Origin: a bacterium
GTDB taxonomy: Bacteria > UBA8248
Assembly (NCBI GenBank): GCA_965219955.1
Contig: OZ244799.1
Coordinates: 480,001-544,000 of the forward strand
Direction: 5' to 3'
Length of the DNA stretch: 64,000 nucleotides
The position numbers were made by a program, and so were the translations under genes. This document shows positions 9,151 to 19,526 of the stretch, piece by piece (positions within the stretch are counted from its first letter, which is position 1; each line of letters begins with the position of its first letter). A model generated the notes under the pieces. It saw only the letters and a list, made by a program, of their open reading frames with translations, did no database searches and was not told the origin of the DNA.

Positions 9151-10671
9151 ATGAAGATGCAAAATGAATCGGTGTTTGATTTGGTATCCATCGGGGGAGG
9201 GGTCGGTGGTCTGGTGGCATCAGTAGGTGCCGCGCAACTGGGAGCCAAAGCCGCGCTCGTGGAGAAAGCGAAGCTCGGCGGCGATTGCCTGAATTATGGA
9301 TGCGTACCCTCAAAGGGTCTGATCCGCTCGGCCAGGCTGGCGGCGCAGGCGCGCTCGATGCCCGAGTTCGGGATTGATGTTAGCGATGTGCGGGTCGATT
9401 TCCCCCGCGTCATGAAGCGCATGAAGGCTGCCCAGGCCCACATCGGAGAGCACGACGCGCCCGAGCGCTTCGAGGGCATGGGCATCGAGGTGATATTCGG
9501 CGATGGCGCCTTTACAGGTCCCGATACGTTTCAAATAGGGGACAGGACGCTGCGGGCCAAGCGGTTTTTGCTGTCCATGGGAAGCTCTCCCTTCGTGCCG
9601 CCCATCGCCGGTCTCGATAGCGTGCCCTATCTCACGAACGAAACCGTTTTCGATTTGGAGGAGTTGCCGAGACGCCTGGTGGTTCTGGGAGCGGGACCCA
9701 TCGGTCTGGAATTGTCACAGGCATTTCAACAACTCGGCGCCGATGTGGAAGTGCTGCAAAGCGCGCCGAAGCTTTTGCCGAGGCTCGATAAGGAAATGGC
9801 CGAAATACTTGCCGATTCCTTGACGAAATCCGGCCTCAAACTTCACTTCGACGTGAACACGCAAAGAGTCGAGAAACGAGGTGATGAGATTTTTCTCGAG
9901 GCCGATACGCCATCGGGAAAAAGGGAGTGGAGCTGCGATCAACTCCTCATCGCGACCGGCCGCTCGCCCAACGTGGGCGGGATGGACCTGGAGAAGGCGG
10001 GCGTGAAGTACTCTCCGCGCGGCGTGGAGACGGATGAATATCTCCAAACCGCGAATCCGCGCATCTTCGCCGCCGGCGACATCCGGGGGCAGTACCTCTT
10101 CACTCACATGGCGGAGTATGAGGCGGGTGTAGCGCTCAGGAACATGCTATTCAGCGCGCCTTTCGGCATCTTGCTCCCGTTTCTCAAGAAAAAGACGAAC
10201 TATGACGCCGTTCCCTGGACGATCTACACGACGCCCGAGGCGGCGCACGTCGGCTTGAGCGAAGCCGATGCCGAAGCGGCTTTGGGGGCGAATCGCATGC
10301 AGGTGTTGCGTTTTCCGATGAGCCGGGTGGATCGCGCCGTACTGGACGGGGAAACGGAGGGAATTTGCAAGGTGGTGTGCGACGAGAAGGGCAGGCTTTT
10401 GGGGGCCGATTTGGTGGGGCCGGCGGCGGGAGAGATATTGCACGAATTCGCGTTGGCCGTTCGAAAAAAGATGCACGTCAAGGAGGTAGTGGATACGGTT
10501 CACGTGTATCCCACCCTGGCGCAGGTGAACAAAAGGGTGGCTGGCCGCTATTATGCCGAAAAGCTTTTCACACCAGCCTTCAGGAAGAAGATGCAGCGCC
10601 TGTTCGGGCTTAAAGGCAGCATCGAGGTGACCGACCCCGCCGAACTCAACGGGCACGGCGCGGAGGAATAG
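9151..10671 (+). CDS. Pyridine nucleotide-disulfide oxidoreductase (dihydrolipoamide dehydrogenase/MerA-like family)
   Basis: GGGVGG, GGDCLNYGCVPSK, GAGPIGLE, ATGRSPN, HVYPT. No C-terminal Cys pair. Confidence 0.85.
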   Translation: MKMQNESVFDLVSIGGGVGGLVASVGAAQLGAKAALVEKAKLGGDCLNYGCVPSKGLIRSARLAAQARSMPEFGIDVSDVRVDFPRVMKRMKAAQAHIGEHDAPERFEGMGIEVIFGDGAFTGPDTFQIGDRTLRAKRFLLSMGSSPFVPPIAGLDSVPYLTNETVFDLEELPRRLVVLGAGPIGLELSQAFQQLGADVEVLQSAPKLLPRLDKEMAEILADSLTKSGLKLHFDVNTQRVEKRGDEIFLEADTPSGKREWSCDQLLIATGRSPNVGGMDLEKAGVKYSPRGVETDEYLQTANPRIFAAGDIRGQYLFTHMAEYEAGVALRNMLFSAPFGILLPFLKKKTNYDAVPWTIYTTPEAAHVGLSEADAEAALGANRMQVLRFPMSRVDRAVLDGETEGICKVVCDEKGRLLGADLVGPAAGEILHEFALAVRKKMHVKEVVDTVHVYPTLAQVNKRVAGRYYAEKLFTPAFRKKMQRLFGLKGSIEVTDPAELNGHGAEE

Positions 10672-10676
10672 GGCGG

Positions 10677-11255
10677 CTATACGCCGAAATCCTTGATTTT
10701 CGGTTCATCCAGGCCCAGGGCGTGGCCGATTTCATGCAGCAGCAGATCGCCTATCTTCGCTCTGTAACGCTTCGGGTCTCGCCGACATTCGCTCTTGACG
10801 ACCGAAGCGTATATCTCTATCGCGTTCAAACGGGGAATCCACACGGCCACAGGGTAGCTACCCACTGCGCGTACGATTTCCGGCGGCGGGAGCGCCAGCA
10901 GCCGGACGGGTATGCCCCGGGCTTCGATTTCCCGCGCCATTTGCGGATGAATATCTTCCTTGATGACGTCGTCAAGAATATGTTCCATCAGGAGAACCTC
11001 TTCTTCCGATACTTCCGGAAAGAAAGACTCCATGAATTCGACGAGCGCTGCTTCATCCTCGGGGATCTCGGGTTCTTTGGGAGGGAAGAGGGCTTCTCTG
11101 TATTCGGAGAGCCTGGCGCTCCCCATGATGGCGAAGAAGATGATCGCTCCGAGCGCGATGACGCCCGCAAACCAGGCCAGACCTACGAGGGGTTTGATGT
11201 AGGGTTTCCACCACCAGGATTGCAGAAAATTCCAATCGCCCAAAAGGTTCGTCAT
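10677..11255 (-). CDS. Membrane-anchored zincin-like metallopeptidase
   Basis: N-terminal TM helix; LLHEIGHALGL (HExxH) near the C-terminus. Confidence 0.7.
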   Translation of the reverse strand: MTNLLGDWNFLQSWWWKPYIKPLVGLAWFAGVIALGAIIFFAIMGSARLSEYREALFPPKEPEIPEDEAALVEFMESFFPEVSEEEVLLMEHILDDVIKEDIHPQMAREIEARGIPVRLLALPPPEIVRAVGSYPVAVWIPRLNAIEIYASVVKSECRRDPKRYRAKIGDLLLHEIGHALGLDEPKIKDFGV

Positions 11256-11399
11256 CTATGAGACATCCAAAAGATAGACTGGAATGCTCCAGGAGGTTCC
11301 ATTGGATGGCGGAGAAGCTGAACAATCCGGAAAGTCCGCCGGGGCTGATTTCGCCGTCGCGATTACCAAATCAGCCGAATCATGTCTCCGGCGGGCCGT

Positions 11400-12806
11400 T
11401 CAACCCTCGAGACTCATGAGCATGGGCTCTTCCAGTGCGTCGGCCACCCACCGCAGGAATTTGACGCCATCCGCACCGTCGATGACGCGGTGATCGTAGG
11501 AAACCATGAGCGGGAGCATCAGGCGCGGTACAAATCTCTCCTCGTCTTTCATCCATACCGGTTCCATACGTGCCCGGGAGACGCCGAGAATCGCGACTTC
11601 GGGCCAGTTCACTATCGGGGTGAAATACGTGCCGCCGAATCCGCCGAGGTTCGTGATGGTGATGGAGCCGCCCTGCATGTCGTCGGGGGCGAGTCTTCGG
11701 GAGCGGGCGCGTTCCGCGACTTCGCCCAGTTCCACCGACAGCTCGATGATGTTCTTCTTGTCGGCATCACGAATCACCGGAACGAGCAGACCATTTTCGG
11801 TGTCCACGGCAACGCCGACGTGAACATAGTTTTTGTAGATGATCTCTTCTGTCGCCGCATCCACGCTCACGTTGAATTGCGGGAAGACCTTGAGGGCCGA
11901 GGCGATGACTTTGATGAGAATGGCGGTGACGGTGAGTTTGCCGCCTGCGGCCTCCGCTTTTGGAGAGAATTTTCTTCTCAAGTCATCGACTTCGGAAATA
12001 TCGGCTTTTTCGCATTGTGTTACGTGGGGGATGTTCGTCCACGCGCGCGTGAGATTCACGGATGTCGCGCGCCGGATTCCCGACATCGGTTCGCGCTTAA
12101 CCTCTCCCCAACGGGCGAGGTCGGGCAGTTGAACGGGCACGCTCATCAGCGCGGGAGCAGGCGCATCCGGTACGGCGGCGCCTCCTTGCGCCGCGACGAA
12201 TTGCCTGACGTCTTGCGCGGAAATCCTGCCTCCGATTCCGCTGCCCGGCACTTCGCTTATTTCGATGCCCGCCTCCCGAGCGATTCTGCGTACCGAGGGC
12301 GCCGCGGGCGCGGGCGTTTTTTTGCTCTTTGGCGCAGGTGTTTCGGCAGCCTCCGGTGCAGGTGTCTCAGGCGGCGCCTCTGCGGGTTCCAGCGTGTACC
12401 CTGCAGGTGCGGGCTCTGGCGTGGCAGTGTCTTCGTCTTTTGCTGCCGGAGAGGGGGGCGATTCATCTATCAGCATGGGCTGGGGTTTTTCCGTGTCCGC
12501 CGGATCGTCGGTGTCTGAAGAGATGTCCTCAAAATTCTCTTCGCCCAGAGTAGATCCCGTAGCAGCGGCGCTTTCCTCGATGACGAGAATGGTTCCTCCC
12601 ACTTCGGCGTCGTCACCGGGTTTGAGATGAATTTCCGTTATCGTGCCTTCGACGGAGGAGGGGACTTCGATAAGCGCCTTGTCGGTTTCGACTTCGATGA
12701 CCGACTGATCCACCGCTATGGTCTCTCCCACGTTCACCAAAACGGCGATCACTTTTCCTGACGTGATATTTTCCCCGAGCTCGGGGAGTTTGAGTTCGAT
12801 GGTCAT
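11400..12806 (-). CDS. aceF: Pyruvate dehydrogenase E2, dihydrolipoamide acetyltransferase
   Basis: Single lipoyl domain (ETDKA), PSVRRIARE binding domain, catalytic DHRVIDG. Confidence 0.95.
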   Translation of the reverse strand: MTIELKLPELGENITSGKVIAVLVNVGETIAVDQSVIEVETDKALIEVPSSVEGTITEIHLKPGDDAEVGGTILVIEESAAATGSTLGEENFEDISSDTDDPADTEKPQPMLIDESPPSPAAKDEDTATPEPAPAGYTLEPAEAPPETPAPEAAETPAPKSKKTPAPAAPSVRRIAREAGIEISEVPGSGIGGRISAQDVRQFVAAQGGAAVPDAPAPALMSVPVQLPDLARWGEVKREPMSGIRRATSVNLTRAWTNIPHVTQCEKADISEVDDLRRKFSPKAEAAGGKLTVTAILIKVIASALKVFPQFNVSVDAATEEIIYKNYVHVGVAVDTENGLLVPVIRDADKKNIIELSVELGEVAERARSRRLAPDDMQGGSITITNLGGFGGTYFTPIVNWPEVAILGVSRARMEPVWMKDEERFVPRLMLPLMVSYDHRVIDGADGVKFLRWVADALEEPMLMSLEG

Positions 12807-12827
12807 GGAACTCCCTCGGGATTTGAA

Positions 12828-15629
12828 TTAGGACATCATCGGGTTGGTTTTTTCGGGGTCGATATCCAGGTCTTTCATGGCTTTGTTCACGAGTTCAGGG
12901 TATATCTTTTTGTCGCGCGCCAGGCTGTACATGGTGGCGAGGACGATATAGCGCGCGTCGATTTCAAAGAAATCTCTCAGCGAAGCTCTCGACTCGCTTC
13001 TTCCGAATCCCTCGGTTCCCAGCGAAATCATGGGCCTGGGCACCCACTTCGAAATCGAATCGGGCGTGGCCTTCACATAGTCCGAGGCCGCCACGCAAAC
13101 GCCGGACGCGCGAGCGAGGCATTGCGTCACGTACGGAGTTTTCGGTGCGGAATCCGGGTGCAGCATGTTCCATCGCTCGACTTCGAGAGCGTCTCGCCTG
13201 AGTTCCTTGTAACTCGTGACGCTCCATACATCCGCTGAAATCGAATAGCGCGTCTCCAATATTTCCTGCGCCTTGAGCACCTCGTTCATGATGGTGCCGC
13301 TGCCCAATAACTGCGCTTTGAGGCCCGAGTCCGTCTCGGAGCGCTTGAAGAGATACATGCCTTTCAGTATCCCTTCCTGCGCACCCTCCGGCATGGGCGG
13401 CATGGCGTAGTTCTCGTTGTAGGCGGTGAGGTAATAAAAGATTTTCTCCTGTTCCTGGTACATTCTGCGAATCCCGTCCTGAATGATCACCGCCATCTCG
13501 AAGGCGAAAGCCGGGTCGTATGTGAGCAGATTCGGCACGGGATATGCCAGATGGTGGCTGTTGCCGTCCTGGTGCTGGAGCCCTTCCCCGTTCAGGGTGG
13601 TTCTGCCGGCCGTCCCACCGATCAGGAAGCCGCGCGCGCACATGTCCGCCGCAGCCCATATCAGATCGCCGATGCGCTGAAAGCCGAACATGGAGTAATA
13701 GATGTAGAACGGGATGGTGTTCACGCTGTGGGTGGCGTAGGCGGTTCCGGCGGCGATGAAAGAAGCCATCGAGCCCGCCTCGGTGATTCCTTCTTCGAGA
13801 ATCTGTCCGTCTTGCGCTTCTTTGTAGTACAGGAGGCTGTCGCGATCGACGGGCTCATACAGCTGTCCGGCGTGGGAGTAGATCCCGATTTGCCGGAACA
13901 AGGCTTCCATGCCGAACGTTCTGGCCTCATCGGGCACGATGGGAACGATGAGTTTGCCCAGTCCCTCGTCGCGGAGCAGCTTGCTCAGGACTCTGACGAA
14001 CACCATGGTCGTGGAGACTTCGCGCCCATCCGTACCTTCCAGGAACTCCTCGAATAACTCATCAGGCGGCGGTTTGAGCGGCGTGGAAATGCTCCGCCTT
14101 GTGGGAACGTACCCGCCGAGTTTTTCCCGTTTTTCTTTCAGGTACCGGATTTCGGGACTATTGTCCGGTGGTCGGTAAAACGGCGCCTCGGCCACTTCTT
14201 CATCGGATATCGGAATCTCGAAGCGCGTGCGGAATTCCTTGAGTTCATCCTCGTTGAGCTTTTTTTGCTGGTGGGTGACGTTCCGGCCCTCGCCGCCCTC
14301 GCCCAGGCCGTAGCCTTTCACTGTTTTCGCGAGGATGACCGTGGGGCGGTCCCTGCATTCCATGGCGGCCTGGTAGGCGGCGAACACCTTTTCGGGGTCG
14401 TGCCCCCCGCGGCGCATCCGGTTGAGTTGCCCATCGGACAAGGTGTCGGCCATCGCCTTCAACCGCTCGTCGCCGCCGAAGAAATGCTCGCGCAGGTAGC
14501 CGCCCTCCTTGACCTTCTCGACGCTGTATTTCTGGTATTGGCCGTCGACCGTCTCGTTCATCCGCTGGAGGAGCGCGCCCTCATCGTCCATCGCCACGAG
14601 GGGGTCCCAGTCGTCTCCCCAGATGACCTTGATGACGTTCCATCTCGCGCCCCGGAAGGCGGCCTCGAGTTCCTGGATAATTTTGCCGTTGCCCCGAACC
14701 GGGCCGTCCAGGCGCTGCAGGTTGCAGTTGATGACGAAAACCAGATTGTCGAGTTTTTCCCGCGCGGCCAGGGTGATGGCGCCAAGCGATTCGGGTTCGT
14801 CCATTTCGCCGTCGCCCAGGAACGCCCATACCTTCTGGCCCGTCGCGGGCTTGAGGCCGCGGTCTTCCAGATAGTGGAGATACCGCGCCTGGTATATCGC
14901 CATGAGGGGGGAGAGTCCCATCGATACCGTGGGATATTCCCAGAAATCAGGCATCAGCCAGGGATGCGGGTAGGAGGAGAGGCCGCCGCCCTCTTTGAGT
15001 TCTCGCCTGAAGTTCTCGAGATTTCTCTCCGTCAGGCGTCCTTCGAGGAATGCTCTTGCGTAGATGCCGGGCGCGCTGTGGCCCTGAAAGTAGACGATGT
15101 CGCCGCCCGAGGGGTGCCTCTTGCCCCGGAAGAAGTGGTTGAACCCGATTTCGAGCAGCGTGGCGGCTGAAGCGTAGGTGGAGATGTGCCCGCCGATAGA
15201 GGCGTCCTCGGTGTTGGCGCGCACCACCATGGCCATCGCGTTCCAGCGGACGAGGCTCTTGATCCGCCGCTCGATCGCCCGGTCTCCGGGGAAGGGGGGC
15301 TGTTTTTCCAAGGGGATGGTGTTGATATACGGGGTGTTCGCCGAAAAGGGGCGGACGACGCCCGCGCGCACGGCGTGAACCTGTAAATGGCGAAGGAGCG
15401 TCTTGGTGCGATCGGGGCCTCTGGTCTGGAGCACATAGTCGAGCGATTCGAGCCACTCGTCGGTTTCTATCTTGTCGAGTTCCGTTTCATGCGCCGGAGC
15501 AGATGCGCCCGCCGAGTCGGGCAGATACCTCGAATCGCCGGAGCCATCCTTTTGAGCCCCGTTCGTCGATAGGGATGAGCCGTTCTCACCTACCGGGACT
15601 TCCCCGATTTCCTGAGGATTCCTCTCCAT
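12828..15629 (-). CDS. aceE: Pyruvate dehydrogenase E1, homodimeric type
   Basis: GGHISTYAS, LSSYPHP, GDGEMDEPES, NLQRLDGPVRGN, EGLQHQDG. Confidence 0.97.
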   Translation of the reverse strand: MERNPQEIGEVPVGENGSSLSTNGAQKDGSGDSRYLPDSAGASAPAHETELDKIETDEWLESLDYVLQTRGPDRTKTLLRHLQVHAVRAGVVRPFSANTPYINTIPLEKQPPFPGDRAIERRIKSLVRWNAMAMVVRANTEDASIGGHISTYASAATLLEIGFNHFFRGKRHPSGGDIVYFQGHSAPGIYARAFLEGRLTERNLENFRRELKEGGGLSSYPHPWLMPDFWEYPTVSMGLSPLMAIYQARYLHYLEDRGLKPATGQKVWAFLGDGEMDEPESLGAITLAAREKLDNLVFVINCNLQRLDGPVRGNGKIIQELEAAFRGARWNVIKVIWGDDWDPLVAMDDEGALLQRMNETVDGQYQKYSVEKVKEGGYLREHFFGGDERLKAMADTLSDGQLNRMRRGGHDPEKVFAAYQAAMECRDRPTVILAKTVKGYGLGEGGEGRNVTHQQKKLNEDELKEFRTRFEIPISDEEVAEAPFYRPPDNSPEIRYLKEKREKLGGYVPTRRSISTPLKPPPDELFEEFLEGTDGREVSTTMVFVRVLSKLLRDEGLGKLIVPIVPDEARTFGMEALFRQIGIYSHAGQLYEPVDRDSLLYYKEAQDGQILEEGITEAGSMASFIAAGTAYATHSVNTIPFYIYYSMFGFQRIGDLIWAAADMCARGFLIGGTAGRTTLNGEGLQHQDGNSHHLAYPVPNLLTYDPAFAFEMAVIIQDGIRRMYQEQEKIFYYLTAYNENYAMPPMPEGAQEGILKGMYLFKRSETDSGLKAQLLGSGTIMNEVLKAQEILETRYSISADVWSVTSYKELRRDALEVERWNMLHPDSAPKTPYVTQCLARASGVCVAASDYVKATPDSISKWVPRPMISLGTEGFGRSESRASLRDFFEIDARYIVLATMYSLARDKKIYPELVNKAMKDLDIDPEKTNPMMS

Positions 15630-16099
15630 ATCCGGCGCGTCTCCAGTGGCAGCGTGGTATGCCTCGAATATATCATGTTCAGCCCATGAACGAAAACGCC
15701 TTGCGGCGACGCGCGGTCGGCTTGCGGTCCGTTCCTCCCGATCCGGGCCGGAGGGCGGGCTTCTCGCGGGAGCTTGCGGCGCCGGTGGGCAAATGCGGGG
15801 AATTGCGGGCTGCTGCAGGGTGCGAAAAAACTTTTTTTATTCGATACAATTCGAAAAAATATTCATTTTCTTCTTTAATCTACTTTCATAACTGATTGAA
15901 ATATCGCTTGTTTCTTCTTTGGTTTCTGCATCGTCCATTTTCAGGAATTTATCGAAAAACCTCGTGAATTTATCCAATTTTACGGGAAATTGGATTATTT
16001 TCATTTCCATCGTCATTTCCGGGTTCATGGGCGCTGCTCCCTGTGAGAGCCGAACCCGGGCGGGAGTCCGCCTCTTCGGATCATGCGGGGGGACGGGCT

Positions 16100-16272
16100 G
16101 CAGGGGCCGCCCTCGAACGGCCGCTGCGGAATACGCGGTCCTGGTCATCACGCCCTCCCTTGCGGGCTGGTTCCGAACGACGCGGGCGGGATTGCTCTCC
16201 CGCGCGCGGCGCGCACGATACCGCAATGCGGATTTTCGGGGCGTACGGCAATTGCGGGGAAATGCGTGGTCA
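16100..16272. repeat. Copy 1 of a ~170-bp diverged direct repeat (copy 2 at 22140-22311)
   Basis: Shared blocks such as CGCGGTCCTGGTCATCACGCCCTCCC, GGGCTGGTTCCG and AATGCGTGGTCA. Confidence 0.8.
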
Positions 16273-16724
16273 GGCCCGGCCGGGGCGGGAGGGTTCGACC
16301 CGCGCGGGGAGGGGCTGTTGAAAAAGTCTCTGCACGACTTTCGAGATCGTTTTCTGTAGGGACAGGCCTCCGTGCCTGTCCTGTATCGGGGTGAATATGA
16401 CGGGCGGGCACGGTCGAACTTCCCTCTTCGGGAAGTTCGACGCCCCTACAGTCGTCATTCGAGGGATCGCATGTATGGTTGTTGAAAATGCCTCCGAAAG
16501 CAGGGAATGGGTTTCCCGTAGGGGTCAGACATATATGTCTGACTGCGTGTCCGCCCGGTTGTTGATGCGGACCTTGTCGATGCTTTCTCCCCCTGTTGGC
16601 GTTCCAGCCCCCGATATCCGTTCGATATGCGAACTTCGCGTTTGGGTCGATGGGGTGGACGCCTCCTTCCGGCGGATTAGAATGTGGCGAGACGACGTCA
16701 CACACCGCCCGGAAGGAGACGACC

Positions 16725-17750
16725 ATGGGAGGAGTCTACATCATCGGGGTCGACTTGGCGAAACACAGTTTTCAACTCCACGGCGCGTGGGCGGACGGGC
16801 GGGTCGCGTTCCGCAAGAAGCTGACGCGGGCGAAGGTGCTGGAGTTTCTGTCGTCGCAGCCTCGATGCGTGGTGGCGATGGAGGCGTGCGCGAGCGCGCA
16901 CTACTGGGGGCGCGAGGTCGGCAAGCTCGGCCATGAGGTTCGGCTCATGCCGCCGGTCTACGTGAAGCCCTACGTGAAGCGCCACAAGAACGACGCGGCG
17001 GATGCGGAGGCCATTTGCGAGGCGGCCACCCGGGCGACGATGCGCTTCGTGGCGGTGAAGAGCGAAGCGCAGCAGGGGTGTGGGATGGAGTACCGCACGC
17101 GGGATTTGCTGGTGGGTCAGCGCACGCAGGCGCGCAACGCGCTGCGCAGCCACCTGGCGGAGTTCGGGGTCGTCGAGCGGCAAGGGCCCGTGGGCCTCAC
17201 ACGGCTGGCGGCGGCGGTTCGGGGAGCGGAATCGGGCCTGCCCGAGGAGGTCCGCGAGTTGGGCGGGATTCTGCTCGCCCAGATTGGCGGCCTCGATGCG
17301 AAGGTCCGGGAGTTGACCGGACGGCTCCGGGCGAGCGCATACGCGGACGAGGAGGCGCGGCGTCTGATGAGCATCCCGGGTGTTGGTCCGATTACGGCGT
17401 CGGCGATCCGGGCGTTCGCGCCGCCGGTGGAGAACTTCCGTCGGGGCCGTGACTTCTCGGCCTGGCTGGGTCTGGTTCCCCGGCAGCACTCCACGGGGGG
17501 CAAGCCCCGTCTGGGGGGCATGTCGAAGATGGGCCAGCGCGACGTGAGGCGTCTGTTGATATCGGGCGCGATGTCGGAGATACGCTGGGCGGGGCGTCGC
17601 CGGAAGCCGCCGTGTCCGTGGCTGGCGCGGATGCTGGCGCGCAAGCCGAGGAAGGTGGTGGCGGTGGCGCTGGCGAACCGGATGGCGCGCATCGCGTGGG
17701 CGCTGATGCGGAACAAGGATGTCTACAGGGAGCCGGCGCCCCTCGCCTGA
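16725..17750 (+). CDS. IS110-family DEDD transposase/recombinase
   Basis: GVDLAK, MEACA, KNDAADAEAI, SIPGVG, GLVPRQHSTGG (catalytic Ser). Confidence 0.95.
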   Translation: MGGVYIIGVDLAKHSFQLHGAWADGRVAFRKKLTRAKVLEFLSSQPRCVVAMEACASAHYWGREVGKLGHEVRLMPPVYVKPYVKRHKNDAADAEAICEAATRATMRFVAVKSEAQQGCGMEYRTRDLLVGQRTQARNALRSHLAEFGVVERQGPVGLTRLAAAVRGAESGLPEEVRELGGILLAQIGGLDAKVRELTGRLRASAYADEEARRLMSIPGVGPITASAIRAFAPPVENFRRGRDFSAWLGLVPRQHSTGGKPRLGGMSKMGQRDVRRLLISGAMSEIRWAGRRRKPPCPWLARMLARKPRKVVAVALANRMARIAWALMRNKDVYREPAPLA

Positions 17751-17789
17751 GCGGCGGGCGCACGGATAGAGCCGGGAGGAATGTGAGCA

Positions 17790-17970
17790 GGCCGGAGGAA
17801 GGGTAAGGGCAAACGGTCATCGAGACGGGACCGGGAAAACCAGATGCGTGTCCAGAGCCACCGAGCTCACCAGGTCGATTTGGACCCGGTCCACCTATCT
17901 CCATACGGGCCCGCGGCCAGAGTAAAGCGCCGCAACGAAGAGGCCGGATATACGACTGAGCCGAACCGCT
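17790..17970 (+). ncRNA. Putative bridge/seek RNA of the IS110 element (ends approximate)
   Basis: Stem GGACCGGG/CCCGGTCC encloses target guides TGCGTGTCC and GGTCG; a second loop carries donor guides CTCCAT and ATATACG. Confidence 0.7.
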
Positions 17971-18139
17971 TTGCGCCGAACCCTCCCCAAAAACCGCTTG
18001 CATTCTCGTGGGCGTCCATATACGGACACGCAGGTCCGCCCTTACAAAAAGCGCAGATCCTCATACATCAGGGCTTCTTCTTACCCCCCTGACAAGGGGG
18101 GGCAGGGGGGGGGGGTGGTTTTCAGGACGAGGGACCCCG

Positions 18140-19526
18140 CGAGTTACTGTCAAATGTTGTGTATGGCCGTCTTGAGTTCAGCGGCCTCCCTGCCGGTTTC
18201 TTTTTCATTCACCCCATTGATGAACCTCACGTCGGTGATCACGTCGGCCAGATGACCCAGGCCGCCCAGCCGCCCCCATCGCTTCTCGGCGCTCATGGCG
18301 AGTTGGTGAATCAGGCTCAGCGCCGTCTTCTCGCTCAGGCAGTTCCTCGTCTTCGCCGTTCGCAGCCGGATCGTGGCGAAGGTCGACTCGATCGGGTTCG
18401 TCGTCCGAAGACTCCGCCAGTGCGCCGCCGGGAAGTCGTAGAAGGCGAACAACTCCTCGCGGTCCCCCGCCAGGCACGCGGCGGCCTTGGGGTACTTCGC
18501 CTCCCAGGTGGCGAGAAAGCGTTCGAACGCCTTCTCCGCGTGCTCGCGGGTCTCCGCCCTCCACATCTCGTACAGCATCGGCCGCGCTTCGCGCTGAGCG
18601 CTTTTGGGCAGCTTGTCGAGAACGTTCGCCGTCTTGTGCACCCAGCAGCGCTGCGCCCGGGTCTCGGGATACACCTCGGCCAGCGCCGACCACAACCCCA
18701 GACCCCCGTCGCCCACCGCCAGCTTCGCCGCCTTTACCCCCCGCTCCCGCAGGCCGAGCAGAACCGCCTTCCAGCTCTCCTTCGATTCACGGAACCCCGC
18801 CTCCAGGGCCAGGAAGCGCTTGCGGCCCCGCGCGTCGCAGCCCACGACCACCAGAAGACAGCGCCGCTCCCCGCTGCGCACGTTCACGTAGATGCCGTCC
18901 GCCCACAAGTACGCGAACTCCTCGCCGCCCCAGTCCCGCTCGCGCCACTGTAAGTACTCGCGCTCCCAGCCCTCCTTGAGACGCGAGACGCTCGCCGGGG
19001 ACAAGCCCTTCACCGACTCGCCGAACAGCGCCGTGAGCGCCTCGCCGAAGTCGTTCGTCGATACCCCCTTCAGGTACAGCCACGGTATCACCGCCTCCAC
19101 GCGCCGCGTCTTGCGCAGATACGGCGGCAAAAGCTCCGAACGGAAACGCCGCCCCGCGCCCGACCTGTCCCGCGTCCGAGGAACTTGAACCCGCACCGGA
19201 CCCACACCCGTCAATACCTCCCGAGAAGGCAGATACCCGTTGCGCACCACCGCGCGGCGGCCCTGCGCGTCATGGTCGCCCGCATGCTCTTCCAGATAAG
19301 CCGCCAACTCCGCTTCCACCGCCTGGCGGATGATTCGTCGCGCGCCCGCGCGCAACAGTTCGCTCAACTCGTCTCGTAAGGCTGGATTCCTCAAGGGAAT
19401 CGTCGTATCTTCTCTCATGGTGGCGCATCTCCTTGTGCTGAATGACCGGGCTTTGGACAACCCTATTTCAGCAGGATGCGCCGCCTTCTTCAATTCAGCC
19501 CATACACAAGTTTTGAACGTAACTCG
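18140..19526 (-). mobile_element. IS256-family insertion sequence
   Basis: Imperfect ~27-bp TIRs (CGAGTTAC..TGTGTATGG); 8-bp target duplication GGACCCCG at 18132-18139 and 19527-19534. Confidence 0.92.
18150..19418 (-). CDS. IS256-family transposase
   Basis: RNGY, VPRTRDR, YLWADG, VGDG, QRCWVHK, RTTNPIES. Start MREDTT at 19418. Confidence 0.95.
   Translation of the reverse strand: MREDTTIPLRNPALRDELSELLRAGARRIIRQAVEAELAAYLEEHAGDHDAQGRRAVVRNGYLPSREVLTGVGPVRVQVPRTRDRSGAGRRFRSELLPPYLRKTRRVEAVIPWLYLKGVSTNDFGEALTALFGESVKGLSPASVSRLKEGWEREYLQWRERDWGGEEFAYLWADGIYVNVRSGERRCLLVVVGCDARGRKRFLALEAGFRESKESWKAVLLGLRERGVKAAKLAVGDGGLGLWSALAEVYPETRAQRCWVHKTANVLDKLPKSAQREARPMLYEMWRAETREHAEKAFERFLATWEAKYPKAAACLAGDREELFAFYDFPAAHWRSLRTTNPIESTFATIRLRTAKTRNCLSEKTALSLIHQLAMSAEKRWGRLGGLGHLADVITDVRFINGVNEKETGREAAELKTAIHNI

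Larger units (their letters stand above)
16648..18024 (+). mobile_element. IS110-family (IS1111-type) insertion sequence inserted in a REP-like palindrome
   Basis: Subterminal IRs GTGGACGCC (16655-16663) and GGCGTCCAT (18011-18019); CG core at both junctions (16648-9, 18023-4); long non-coding region downstream of the transposase. Confidence 0.88.

Noticed and set aside
9151-10671. Mercuric reductase (merA) call
   Set aside because: No C-terminal Cys-Cys, no NmerA domain and no mer operon.
15837-16226. Short ORFs in the AT-rich region upstream of aceE
   Set aside because: No motifs; they overlap promoter-like and repeat sequence.
18082-18120. Poly-G tract as a phase-variation site or G-quadruplex switch
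   Set aside because: It is one arm of the recurrent CCCCCCTGACAAGGGGGG palindrome family and is not in a gene or promoter.
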